Source: Bacteroidia bacterium (GTDB lineage: Bacteria > Bacteroidota > Bacteroidia > NS11-12g > UBA9320). From it: a stretch of DNA of 64,000 nt. The notes beneath the pieces are model-generated. The model searched no databases, was not told the DNA's origin, and was given only the letters and a program-made list of their open reading frames with translations. Positions 1 through 9,212 of this stretch are shown here, one piece after another; position 1 is the first letter of the stretch; every line of letters begins with the position of its first letter. Both the position numbers and the translations under genes were made by a program. The stretch spans positions 18,907 through 82,906 of the forward strand of contig JAGVMN010000005.1 in the NCBI GenBank assembly GCA_020053795.1, written 5' to 3'.

Positions 1-1328
1 ATCAGTATAGTCTCATTGCCAAAAGGAAGTCCGGGTATTTGCTCCACAAAAGAATCGGTGTCTTTGAAAAAGATTTTGTCCTTGCATTTGAAGACAAAGT
101 TCATACTGGAAATATTCGGCCCTATGCCGATTAGTCTTTCAATGCCTCTGTCGTTCATCATTTTGGCTACCCGGCGATAGAGTTTGGCCGGGGGCAAATC
201 GGTTTGTTCAAGATCGGATAGTATGACTGTTTTTTTGGCATTCATTTGCTGCCTTGCCAGAAAATCAAGTGCAATAACAAGTGAGGCAAGATCGCTGTTA
301 TAATAGTCGTTTATCAATTGGATTTGATGAATGCCTTCGGTTTGCTGCAAACGCATTTCGATCGGATGAAGATTCAACAAGCCACTTCTGATCTTAGCTT
401 CGGGTAGTCCCATTAACAAAAGTAAAAGCCAGCAGTGCATGGCGTTTTCCAATGAAGAAGGATCTTTAAATGGAATTTCGACCTCTATTTCCTCACTATC
501 AAATAGGGCATTAATGCGTTTCCCCTTTCTTGTTTCAGCCACATTGAGTACCTGAAGGTTTGCGTCACGATGCCAACTCCAGGTATGCAGTTGCAAGTAA
601 GGACGATGGGCCACAAATGCTTTTGCCTCATTAAAAACGGTATGATGATCTGAACTTAGAATCAGGTGTTTGCTTTCTGAAAACAGTATTAATTTTTCCC
701 TTACCTTTTGTTGTAAACTTTCAAAACCCGCTGAGTGGGCATCGCCGATATTGGTGAAAATACCCCACTCCGGTTGAATCATGTGTTGAAGTTTTTCCAT
801 TTCGCCTGGTTTGGAAATGCCGGCCTCGAAAATGCCGAGATTATGGTGTTCATTCGCCTGCCAGACAGAAAGTGCCACGCCCACCTGAGAGTTAAAGCTT
901 TTAGGATTCCTGACTATTCGATAGTTATTGTGAAGCAACTGGTGCAGCCATTCTTTTACTATCGTTTTACCGTTGCTGCCGGTTATTCCGATAACATTCA
1001 GGTTGAGTTGATTTCTGTGCAGGGTAACCAGTTTTTGCAAAGCGTCTAAAACATCATTTACCATCAGAAACCGGGTACCCAAACCTTTAAAATGATCGGT
1101 TTTAGAAACCACAAAATTCCTGACTCCGCTTTGGTAAGCTTGCTCAATGAAAAGATGTCCGTCGTGATTCGGTCCGCTCAATGCAAAAAACAGTGCATGC
1201 TTCGGATTGAAAATTCTTCGGCTGTCCAGCAAAAGATGTTCGATGATCTCCTTTTCCATAACTGTCACGGGGCTGATCTCACATATATGTGCATGAACAA
1301 TAGCAGCTATCTGATTTAAGGAATACAT
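1..1328 (-). CDS. murF: Mur ligase, MurF-type UDP-N-acetylmuramoyl-tripeptide--D-alanyl-D-alanine ligase. Only the 5' part is present; the ORF runs off the left edge and may be the MurF-alanine racemase fusion.
   Basis: Hand translation of the minus strand from the ATG at 1328-1326 gives MYSLNQIAAIVHAHICEISPV... I spot-checked the start, the P-loop region and positions 1-30 and saw no stop (at least 442 codons). Mur-ligase P-loop VIGITGSNGKT lies near 960-995. It is absent from the ORF track because its stop lies outside the window. Confidence 0.8.
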   Translation of the reverse strand, partial: MYSLNQIAAIVHAHICEISPVTVMEKEIIEHLLLDSRRIFNPKHALFFALSGPNHDGHLFIEQAYQSGVRNFVVSKTDHFKGLGTRFLMVNDVLDALQKLVTLHRNQLNLNVIGITGSNGKTIVKEWLHQLLHNNYRIVRNPKSFNSQVGVALSVWQANEHHNLGIFEAGISKPGEMEKLQHMIQPEWGIFTNIGDAHSAGFESLQQKVREKLILFSESKHLILSSDHHTVFNEAKAFVAHRPYLQLHTWSWHRDANLQVLNVAETRKGKRINALFDSEEIEVEIPFKDPSSLENAMHCWLLLLLMGLPEAKIRSGLLNLHPIEMRLQQTEGIHQIQLINDYYNSDLASLVIALDFLARQQMNAKKTVILSDLEQTDLPPAKLYRRVAKMMNDRGIERLIGIGPNISSMNFVFKCKDKIFFKDTDSFVEQIPGLPFGNETIL

Positions 1329-1369
1329 TTTCGGGCAAAAATACTTAATTTACAGCCCTAATAGAATGG

Positions 1370-1582
1370 ATGATGGACTGGGTAACCATAGCGACTTACG
1401 CTGTTCCGTTTGAGGCAAATCTGGCAAAAACAATTCTGGTGTCACATGATATTCCCTGTTTTATCAAATCGGAGAATATGGGCTCATTGTATTTTGGAAT
1501 CGTCGGCGGTGTTGAGTTACAGGTGCCTTCAGCTTATGCAGCACAGGCCAGGGAGATTATAGCAAATACGGGAATCGTCTGA
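1370..1582 (+). CDS. Small conserved hypothetical protein, DUF2007-like (putative signal-transducing protein)
   Basis: 70-aa ORF. The pattern MMDWVTIATYAVPFEANLAKTILVSHDIPCFIKSEN resembles DUF2007; the family is named from memory. Confidence 0.5.
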   Translation: MMDWVTIATYAVPFEANLAKTILVSHDIPCFIKSENMGSLYFGIVGGVELQVPSAYAAQAREIIANTGIV

Positions 1583-1644
1583 CCAATAAAAACATTCGAG
1601 GTTTTTTGGACGCCGTTTCAGAAACCATGAAGGTTTGCAAACGA

Positions 1645-2407
1645 CTACCTGGTCAAAAATATCTTTTGCGTTGCATTCCGGTTATCACCATTTATTCTCA
1701 GAAAATAAACTCCTTAACGCAATTGACTAAGATCAAGGGTGATATGTTGTTCGCTGATGTCTTCGAGATGGAATATCTTTTCACCAACGACATTATAAAC
1801 GGAGAGGGCAGCATTAGAAATAGGGTTCATAAATTTCAAATGAACCGCTCCGGTAGTAGGGTTGGGATAAACTGAGAAAAAGTTTTTTTCGATCTCATTA
1901 ATCCCGACATTAATGTTAAGGGTGAAGCATTCTTTGCTGTTACAACCCAGGACATTGGTAGCAAAATGACAAACAAGATAGCTGCTGCTGTCCTTCTTAT
2001 ATTCATGGACGGGGTCTATCAGCGAACAGCTGTCGCCATCTCCGAAATACCACATATGAATATTGGTAGTATCGCTATTTTTTGAAACGAACGAAAGAAC
2101 CAAGCCTCTGCTGTTAAAAGTAAATTCTGTCTTGTGAATTGGCAATACTTCAAGTGACCTTATAAATTCGCTGTTTCTTAACTTCTCAGGCAATGCACAA
2201 CCCTAAGTAGTCGGTACCATCGCCAAATACCTTTTCATTGGATGAAGAAAATACGTTAAATGACGATAATTTAGTTGTAAATACATGCCATGTTCTGAGC
2301 ATCACCCATGGTTTAAAACCCAAAGCCGAAAGTTTCAACTGCGGTTTAAAAATATCATGGGTAATATTTAAAATAATACGGAAGTTTGAAGAAATTCCAA
2401 TGAACAC
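1645..2407 (-). pseudogene. Decayed PKD-repeat surface protein with a type-A T9SS C-terminal sorting domain
   Basis: Two PKD-like motifs (FGDGTDY in ORF 2186-2407; WYFGDGDSCS...HEY in ORF 1714-2193) sit in different frames. The CTD (FFSVYPNPTTGAVHLKF...LDLSQLR) is cut by an in-frame TAA at 1714-1716 and continues GVYFLRINGDNRNATQKIFLTR to a TAG at 1645-1647. There is no N-terminus or signal peptide, and recX starts at 2400. Confidence 0.75.
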
Positions 2408-2846
2408 ATTCTTCGAAAAGGCCCGACATTTTTGTGATTATCAGGAGAGATGCCATCTGGAAGTGCAACAAAGGTTGTTCGACTGGGGCCTAAAATCTGA
2501 CGAGATCGGAACCATTATGAGCCAATTGATAGAAGAAGGCTTTCTGAACGAAGAACGTTTTGCCAGGGCTTTTTGTCGCGGCAAGTTCAATCTGAAGAAA
2601 TGGGGCAGACTGAAAATCGTCCGGGAACTGAAAAGCAGGCAAATCAGTGAGTATTGCATTTGGAAAGGGCTTGAAGAAATAGAGGAAGAAAAATATTTGC
2701 AAACCCTTGAAAAATTGGTTGCGGAGAACTGGAAGAAATACAGAGGTTTGACAGCTTTTACCCGCAAAGGTTTGACAGCGAAATTTTTGGCAGGCAAAGG
2801 TTATGAGAGTGATTTGATTTGGGGAATATTGAAGAATAAGACCTAA
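2400..2846 (+). CDS. recX: RecX, regulator of RecA
   Basis: The internal ATG at 2400 gives MNTFFEKARHFCDYQERCHLEVQQRLFDWGL...EERFARAF, a typical RecX three-repeat protein of 148 aa. The 5' extension in the track overlaps the neighbouring pseudogene. Confidence 0.8.
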   Translation: MNTFFEKARHFCDYQERCHLEVQQRLFDWGLKSDEIGTIMSQLIEEGFLNEERFARAFCRGKFNLKKWGRLKIVRELKSRQISEYCIWKGLEEIEEEKYLQTLEKLVAENWKKYRGLTAFTRKGLTAKFLAGKGYESDLIWGILKNKT

Positions 2847-3061
2847 AGCAGTTTGGCAATATGTTTTTTGGGGATTTAAAAATTCTGATTATCGTTTTGC
2901 TACGCATTATTTTCAATTCAATTTTTCCAACCAATCTTTAATCTAAGAAATCAAACGGTCGTCCACAGCAGGGTGAATATTTATTTTAATAAGTGTCAGA
3001 TTGTTAAATAGATAAAAGCATTGGTTATTGCTAATTTAGTGGTGTTAAACAAAAAAAAGCA

Positions 3062-3169
3062 ATGCTTCGAGACAAAATTATTAAAATTTTCGTAAAAGTT
3101 TATAATTTCTTCAATGCTTTTGACATGGAGTACAAAAAAACGCTCATTGCCCCTGCCAGAAGGCGTTAA
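3062..3169 (+). mobile_element. Possible remnant of an IS982-family transposase N-terminus (35-aa stub)
   Basis: MLRDKIIKIFVKVYNFFNAFDMEYKKTLIAPARRR* loosely fits the IS982 N-terminal pattern (I..IF..VDDF...F....K.LI....RRR). No transposase body and no terminal repeats were identified. Confidence 0.3.
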
Positions 3170-3193
3170 GACATTGTATTCATTCCTCTTTTT

Positions 3194-3640
3194 CTAGTCC
3201 AAATTTTCGGCACCTTCAAAGTCAATCGCCTTAATTGGTTTGTTTCCTGCAAATTGATATGCTGAATAAAATGGGAATTCCTTGCTAAACGGATCAATGC
3301 TCAAGAACCTATCCAATCTTGGATTATAAATCCTCATTTCAAAGGCCGGAGAGTTATAATCTCCATTAACTTCATCATATTTCTCTTGCCCCTGAAACCC
3401 GAAACGATACGCTGTAGCTGAGAAAGTGCGTTCGTTAATCAGCATCCCGAACGCGTCGTAATCGCTGATACTTACCACCTGTGCCTGGTAATACATCACG
3501 TTTTCGTTTGTACACGACTGAATTCTTCTATCTGTTATCACAGCTAAAACATTACCCAAATGATTACTCAGTTCATAACGCTTCATTCCGCGATATTGGT
3601 ATTTGATACTTTCTTGTCCATTTCGCTGCATCGGACTCAT
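3194..3640 (-). pseudogene. Orphan RHS repeat-associated core fragment, lacking both the N-terminal cage and a C-terminal toxin domain
   Basis: YELSNHLGNVLAVITD...YDAFGMLINERTF...YRFGFQGQEKYDEVNG...MRIYNPRLDRFLSIDPFSKEFPFYSAYQFAGNKPIKAIDFEG matches the Rhs core ending (DPxG-type junction). Only 5 residues follow it before the stop. A stop lies immediately upstream of the listed Met. Confidence 0.7.
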
Positions 3641-3878
3641 TTAATCGGTTGTTTCGTTGAAGTCGAATTGTGGCATGGATTTAAGGAACAAGAAATGGAT
3701 GACGAAGTTATAGCCGTCAAGAGCGTATAGTAAGAGCAACTTATGGGAATATCTAATCAGCGTGGTATAATTTTTTACCTATTAAAATATACCATCAGCA
3801 TTCAAATTAATGAGAGCCTGATAGTAAATAATGTTGCAAAAGTTGGGGACTTTAAAGTCGTTTATTAACCATTCGCGT

Positions 3879-4892
3879 TTAAACTTTAGTAAATTGTTTA
3901 AGGAAACGAACATCATTTTCTGACAGTTCCCGTATATCTGTTATCCCATATTTATACATAGATATTCTATCTATACCTAAACCAAATGCATACCCGTTAT
4001 ATTTATCTGTATCTATTTTACAATTTATCAATACTTGCGGATCCACCATCCCACAACCCAATATCTCAAGCCAACCTGTTCCCTTTGTTATTCTGTAATC
4101 ATCATCATTCTCTATCCCTAAAAAAACATCCATTTCTGCCGATGGCTCTGTGAAAGGAAAGTAAGAAGGGCGGTATCTAACTTTTGTTTTTTCTCCGAAA
4201 AATCTCTTCACAAATGTAAAAAGGGTTTGTTTTAAATCGGCGAAGGATATATCTTCATCTATACATAACCCTTCAATTTGATGGAAAAAACAATGTGATC
4301 TTGATGATATAGCTTCATTTCTATAAACTCTTCCAGGACTAATTGTTCTTATTGGTAGTTTTCCTTTCTCCATTTCTCTTACCTGAACAGAAGATGTGTG
4401 TGTTCTAAGTGTAAAATCCTTATCAATAAAGAAAGTATCTTGCATCTCTCTTGCCGGATGATTTTCGTCAAAATTTAAGGCAGAGAAATTATGCCAGTCA
4501 TCTTCTATTTCCGGTCCTTGAGAAACCACAAAACCTAAATAATAAAAAATATCCACCACTTCTTTCAGAACTATAGATACCGGATTTCTACTCCCCATTA
4601 GTATGGGATATTGCGGTTTGGATTTATCAAATCTCCTCAAATTACCTTCCTTTCCTTGAACAATTAAAGATTGGGCTTCTTCTATTTTATTTTCAACTTC
4701 TTCCTTTAAAGAGTTGATATATCTACCCATTTTAATTTTTTCTTCCTTATCTAATAATTTAAACTCATCTAAAATTACTCCCAGTATGCCCTTTCGCGAG
4801 GAAAAATGTATTTTAAACGAATCCAACTCTTCGCGGGATTTAATTGAAAAATTTTTAACTTCGTTTATTATAGTCTCTATTCTTGTTTGCAT
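3879..4892 (-). CDS. pheS: Phenylalanine--tRNA ligase alpha subunit
   Basis: 337 aa with class II aaRS motifs: FRNEAIS-like RVYRNEAISSRSH, FHQIEGL, YFPFTEPSAEMDV, GLGIDR. Confidence 0.95.
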   Translation of the reverse strand: MQTRIETIINEVKNFSIKSREELDSFKIHFSSRKGILGVILDEFKLLDKEEKIKMGRYINSLKEEVENKIEEAQSLIVQGKEGNLRRFDKSKPQYPILMGSRNPVSIVLKEVVDIFYYLGFVVSQGPEIEDDWHNFSALNFDENHPAREMQDTFFIDKDFTLRTHTSSVQVREMEKGKLPIRTISPGRVYRNEAISSRSHCFFHQIEGLCIDEDISFADLKQTLFTFVKRFFGEKTKVRYRPSYFPFTEPSAEMDVFLGIENDDDYRITKGTGWLEILGCGMVDPQVLINCKIDTDKYNGYAFGLGIDRISMYKYGITDIRELSENDVRFLKQFTKV

Positions 4893-5328
4893 CGTGGTAA
4901 TAATAAATTTTTCACAAAGCTACACACTCTCAGTCAAGATATAAAAATCCATGTAACGGAACTTTAGTCAACATGGCATAAATAAGAAATAAGATTAAAG
5001 AAATTATTATTAGTTATTATAGCTCTGTGATTATGGGGGAAAATAGTAAATAAATAGATTGTAATAAAGTTTTCTACACACTTACCACAAAGAGAGATGC
5101 TATAAGTATTTACTATTTAGTGAATTAAGATTTTATGGGTGATTAAGGTTTTTATTATCAACTAAAATAAGTGGGTAAAGAGGAAGGGTGTTATTGTGAA
5201 AAAAATTGGGAATAGGAACGCATAAATACACATGTATTAACAAAAGATATTTTGGGAATAAAAATGACCGACGAAAGAAGATTTTACTAACATAAATATT
5301 AATAATTATTTACAGTTTGTGGAGATTA

Positions 5329-6909
5329 TTAACGAAGAGGTGAAGGAATTATAAGTGGAACATTTAGTTGGTTCCAACCCTGTTTGAGTTTAAATTCTGA
5401 TGGCACTCGATAGACGGGTTCAGGTAATGAATGAGTACTGTAATTGCCTGTCTCCCAGCGTTGATTGTTATTTAGGTCGTAAATGATCCTGACGGTGTAT
5501 ATAGAAGGAAGTAAATTTTTAAATTCGATATAATCACATGATTTACAATAGTGACTAGCAATAATGGTTTCTTCTTTTAGAAGTTGGAGAGTAAAGGGGA
5601 TATTAAATGAGTCAATTATTTGAAAGGATAGATCAGAAAGAGGAGGAGGCGTTGTTACAGTTATTTTCATTGTGTCGGGAAGAAAAATGGAAGAGGAAAA
5701 TATTGATTTAATAGAGTTATAAGGAAATATTAGATTGTAAGTGCCGGGGTCAGGAAAAGGAATTTGTAGCGTAATAGTGTTAAGTAATGTTTCATATTTT
5801 ATAATAGTGTTGTATAATAAAGAATCTTTGATAAGCTTAAATAAAAAGGTTTGTGCTTTTGAGATAGGGGCATTAAAATTAAGTTGTATATTTGAGTTAG
5901 AAAGCACAGAAACACTATGCTCTAATAAAGAAAGAGTATCGGGGGATGCAGGAACGGAGACGGGAAGAATGTAGGTACTGTCGGTTTGTTTAATCTGAAA
6001 TATAATACTATCTGTGTTAGATGGATAATTTATAAGACAAGTGATTGAATCAGACATAAAAGAGCGAAAGAAGCGGATGTCATCCTTTTTAAAGAGTGAT
6101 GAGTTTTCTAAAAATATAGAAACAGAGTCGAATATGTCGGGTCTATTAAGGGAAAAAGTAATAATTCCGGGTATTGTTGAAGTTGCAGAGGAGATAAACT
6201 GGGTTTCATCAAATGGTTTAAATAAATTAAGGTTAATAAGAGAGTCATGAGATGTGTTAATGGGGTGATGGTAAAAGGCGAATCGCTCGCTTTTATCAGG
6301 AAAATTATTATTATTTACGTCCTCCCATGAATAAATAGAATAGTTTCCTTTGGGTAGATATTTTAATTGGAAGGAGCCTTGTTCGGTGCATTTGGTCATA
6401 AAACGTGGAAAAGACATAAAAATAGAACTATCTGAATCGAATAGAAAAACACTTACCGCTTTAATAGGTGTTTGAGAAAAGGCATCAAGGCAAGTTCCTG
6501 ATAGGGTAAAGGTATCAATTAATGCTCCAGTGCTAAAGACAAAAAGGTTTGTTTTGAGAACGTTTCCTTCATTTAGATCAGAGATAGAGTTTCCAAACGA
6601 AAATGAATAGGTGGTATTTGTAGATAATTCGTCCAAAATCTTTATAATCAATCTTTTGCCATTTATTGTTGCAATAGGTTGTTTCTTCATTGGTGGGGAA
6701 ATCACCCATTCGCTCGTTTGATTGTTCAGTTGAATATATTCGTCAAAAACTAACACAATGGAATTTATTGAAACATGGGTGGAATAATTTTCCGGAGAAG
6801 AATGAATAATTATAGGAGGAGAGATGTCCTTAGTTCCACCATCCAAGGATTTAACAGAAGCACAAGAATAGAGGAGTAAAACAATAAAAGGGTGGATTAC
6901 TGTTTTCAT
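5329..6909 (-). CDS. Ig-like (SbsA/Big_5-type) domain lipoprotein, function unknown
   Basis: Signal peptide with lipobox (VLLLYSC), then DISPPIIIHSSPENYSTHVSINSIVLVFDEYIQ, typical of Ig-like domain lipoproteins. 526 aa, very AT-rich. Confidence 0.55.
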   Translation of the reverse strand: MKTVIHPFIVLLLYSCASVKSLDGGTKDISPPIIIHSSPENYSTHVSINSIVLVFDEYIQLNNQTSEWVISPPMKKQPIATINGKRLIIKILDELSTNTTYSFSFGNSISDLNEGNVLKTNLFVFSTGALIDTFTLSGTCLDAFSQTPIKAVSVFLFDSDSSIFMSFPRFMTKCTEQGSFQLKYLPKGNYSIYSWEDVNNNNFPDKSERFAFYHHPINTSHDSLINLNLFKPFDETQFISSATSTIPGIITFSLNRPDIFDSVSIFLENSSLFKKDDIRFFRSFMSDSITCLINYPSNTDSIIFQIKQTDSTYILPVSVPASPDTLSLLEHSVSVLSNSNIQLNFNAPISKAQTFLFKLIKDSLLYNTIIKYETLLNTITLQIPFPDPGTYNLIFPYNSIKSIFSSSIFLPDTMKITVTTPPPLSDLSFQIIDSFNIPFTLQLLKEETIIASHYCKSCDYIEFKNLLPSIYTVRIIYDLNNNQRWETGNYSTHSLPEPVYRVPSEFKLKQGWNQLNVPLIIPSPLR

Positions 6910-6910
6910 A

Positions 6911-8770
6911 CTACCGGCCCAAATGAACTAATAAGACAGAAATGTCAGATGGAGAAACACCGCTTATTCTTGATGCCTGCCCAATAGTTTTTGGTTTTAT
7001 GCGAAGTAGTTTTTCTCTTGCTTCGGAAGAAAGCGAACGTATGGAGCGATAATCAACGGAATCGTGAATTTCTAATAGGTCTAAGGTGATTATTTTGTCC
7101 GCGTTGTTCTGTTCCTTTTCAATATAACCATCATATTTTAATAATATCTCAGCGGAGTCTTTTTCATCGCGACTAAATTCTGCCATATAGTGGGCATAGG
7201 GATTTAGGTGTTCTATTTGAAACGTGCTAATCTGAGGACGACTGAGCATGTTCCAAAGCTTGACTTTGTTATTAATAGGAGCGGAATTATTTTCCTCAAG
7301 AACAGGATTTGCAATTACCGGGGCTATCGAGGTTCTTTTATAATACTTGAGAAGCTTCTCAATATTGCTTTTTTTTCGTTCTAGTGCAAACATTCGCTCA
7401 TCTGATACAAGCCCAATGGAATGTCCTATTGGTGTAAGCCGTTCGTCTGCATTATCTTGTCGCAGAAGAATTCGATATTCAGCCCTTGAAGTAAACATTC
7501 TATATGGTTCATCGGTTCCTTTGTTTACCAAATCATCAATTAAAACGCCAATATAAGCTTCGGAACGTTTGAGTATAAAGGGGTCGCGATTATGGATGAA
7601 ATTATAGGAATTAATTCCCGCGATTAAACCCTGACAAGCTGCCTCCTCATATCCTGTTGTGCCATTAATTTGTCCAGCAAAAAACAAGCCCGGGACTAAT
7701 TTGGTCATTAGAGATGGGTCAAGCTGAGTTGGGGGAAAATAGTCATATTCAATTGCATATCCGGGTCGAAATATTTTAGCATTTTCAAAACCTGGTATTT
7801 GGGTCAGAGCGCGTATTTGAATATCTTCGGGAAGTGAAGTGGAAAAACCGTTAACATAAGTTTCGATAGTGTTTCTACCTTCAGGTTCAACAAAAATATG
7901 ATGCCTTGGACGATCAGCAAAACGATTTATTTTATCTTCAATACTTGGGCAGTACCTAGGGCCTAAGCTTGTTATAGAACCATTAAACATTGGCGAAGAA
8001 TTGAAACCTTCACGCAAAATGGAGTGTACATTTTCGTTAGTATAAGTTATAAAGCAACTTTTCTGATCCACAACATTGAAAGTATTGCTAAAAGAAAATT
8101 TACCCGGATCTATATCGCCTTTTTGCTCAAGCATTAAGTCATAATTAAGGCTTCTGCCATCTACTCGTGGCGGCGTACCGGTTTTCATTCGACCATATTT
8201 AAAGCCAAACGAGGAGAGAGAGGCAGTTAGGCCAATGGATTGAGCATCACCCATCCGACCGCCACCAAAATTCTTCAAGCCGATATGTATAAGGCCGTTT
8301 AGAAATGTACCACTTGTAACAATAACAGATTTGGCAAAGAATGTAAAACCAAGGTTCGTTTTGAGCCCAGAAACACCTTTAGTGTCAGTAAATATCTTCT
8401 CCACATTATCTTGAAAAAAGGAAATATTGAAATTTTGTTCTAATAAACGCCGCCATTCTTGTGAGAACTTATGTCGATCACACTGTGCTCGGGGGCTCCA
8501 CATTGCTGGGCCTTTCGAGAGATTTAGCATTCGGAATTGAATAGTTGACAAGTCTGTAACTATTCCAGAAAGGCCGCCAAGAGCATCTATTTCTTTGACT
8601 ATTTGCCCCTTAGCCACACCACCCATTGCAGGATTACACGACATACGGGCAATTGACTCAAGACTCATAGTAATGAGGAGGACCTTGGCTCCAAGCGTGG
8701 CCGATGCGTGTGCCGCCTCACAACCGGCGTGACCTGCACCAATTACAATAATGTCATAAGTAAATTCCAT
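6911..8770 (-). CDS. mnmG: tRNA uridine-5-carboxymethylaminomethyl(34) synthesis enzyme MnmG (GidA)
   Basis: 619 aa. FAD motif YDIIVIGAGHAGCEAA, and full-length similarity pattern to GidA (GQINGTTGYEEAA, SRAEYRILLRQDNAD). Confidence 0.95.
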   Translation of the reverse strand: MEFTYDIIVIGAGHAGCEAAHASATLGAKVLLITMSLESIARMSCNPAMGGVAKGQIVKEIDALGGLSGIVTDLSTIQFRMLNLSKGPAMWSPRAQCDRHKFSQEWRRLLEQNFNISFFQDNVEKIFTDTKGVSGLKTNLGFTFFAKSVIVTSGTFLNGLIHIGLKNFGGGRMGDAQSIGLTASLSSFGFKYGRMKTGTPPRVDGRSLNYDLMLEQKGDIDPGKFSFSNTFNVVDQKSCFITYTNENVHSILREGFNSSPMFNGSITSLGPRYCPSIEDKINRFADRPRHHIFVEPEGRNTIETYVNGFSTSLPEDIQIRALTQIPGFENAKIFRPGYAIEYDYFPPTQLDPSLMTKLVPGLFFAGQINGTTGYEEAACQGLIAGINSYNFIHNRDPFILKRSEAYIGVLIDDLVNKGTDEPYRMFTSRAEYRILLRQDNADERLTPIGHSIGLVSDERMFALERKKSNIEKLLKYYKRTSIAPVIANPVLEENNSAPINNKVKLWNMLSRPQISTFQIEHLNPYAHYMAEFSRDEKDSAEILLKYDGYIEKEQNNADKIITLDLLEIHDSVDYRSIRSLSSEAREKLLRIKPKTIGQASRISGVSPSDISVLLVHLGR

Positions 8771-8792
8771 GTTGTTTGTTTCACGTGAAACG

Positions 8793-9209
8793 TCAAAGAG
8801 AAAGCAGTTTGTCTTCCATTTTTGTCATTCGAGCTTTATCTTCTAATCGCTTATCATTATATCCGCAAAGATGCAAAATTCCATGTATCATAATACGACG
8901 AAGTTCGTTTAGATGATCAGTTTTTAGGAAATCAGAGTTTTCACGAACCCGTTCAAGACTAACAAAAATATCAGCAGAATAGGGGTCCGAAGGTCCGTTT
9001 CGGAGATCAAAGGTTATTACATCTGTGTAATAGTCGTGTGACAAGTAACGCTGATTAATTTTTAACAGGGAGTCGTCATCGCAAAATATGAATGTAATGT
9101 CCCCATCATTAAGGTTTAAGAATTCCGAACATTTGTTAAGCCAATCATAGACAGGATGTGGCAAATCAAATTGGTTGTCGTTATATTCGAAAAAGGCAAA
9201 GGTTATCAT
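8793..9209 (-). CDS. ybeY: rRNA maturation endoribonuclease YbeY
   Basis: 138 aa with the zinc motif HGILHLCGYND. Confidence 0.9.
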   Translation of the reverse strand: MITFAFFEYNDNQFDLPHPVYDWLNKCSEFLNLNDGDITFIFCDDDSLLKINQRYLSHDYYTDVITFDLRNGPSDPYSADIFVSLERVRENSDFLKTDHLNELRRIMIHGILHLCGYNDKRLEDKARMTKMEDKLLSL

Positions 9210-9212
9210 AGA

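Noticed and set aside
735-1319. Plus-strand ORFs 735-1049 and 1092-1319
   Set aside because: They lie antisense inside the minus-strand murF reading frame, which has clear Mur-ligase motifs. Their translations show no protein-like features.
4893-5328. 436-nt AT-rich spacer upstream of pheS as a leader, ncRNA or tRNA
   Set aside because: I found no T-box-like specifier/antiterminator, no cloverleaf-compatible sequence and no repeats. It is probably just a promoter or spacer.
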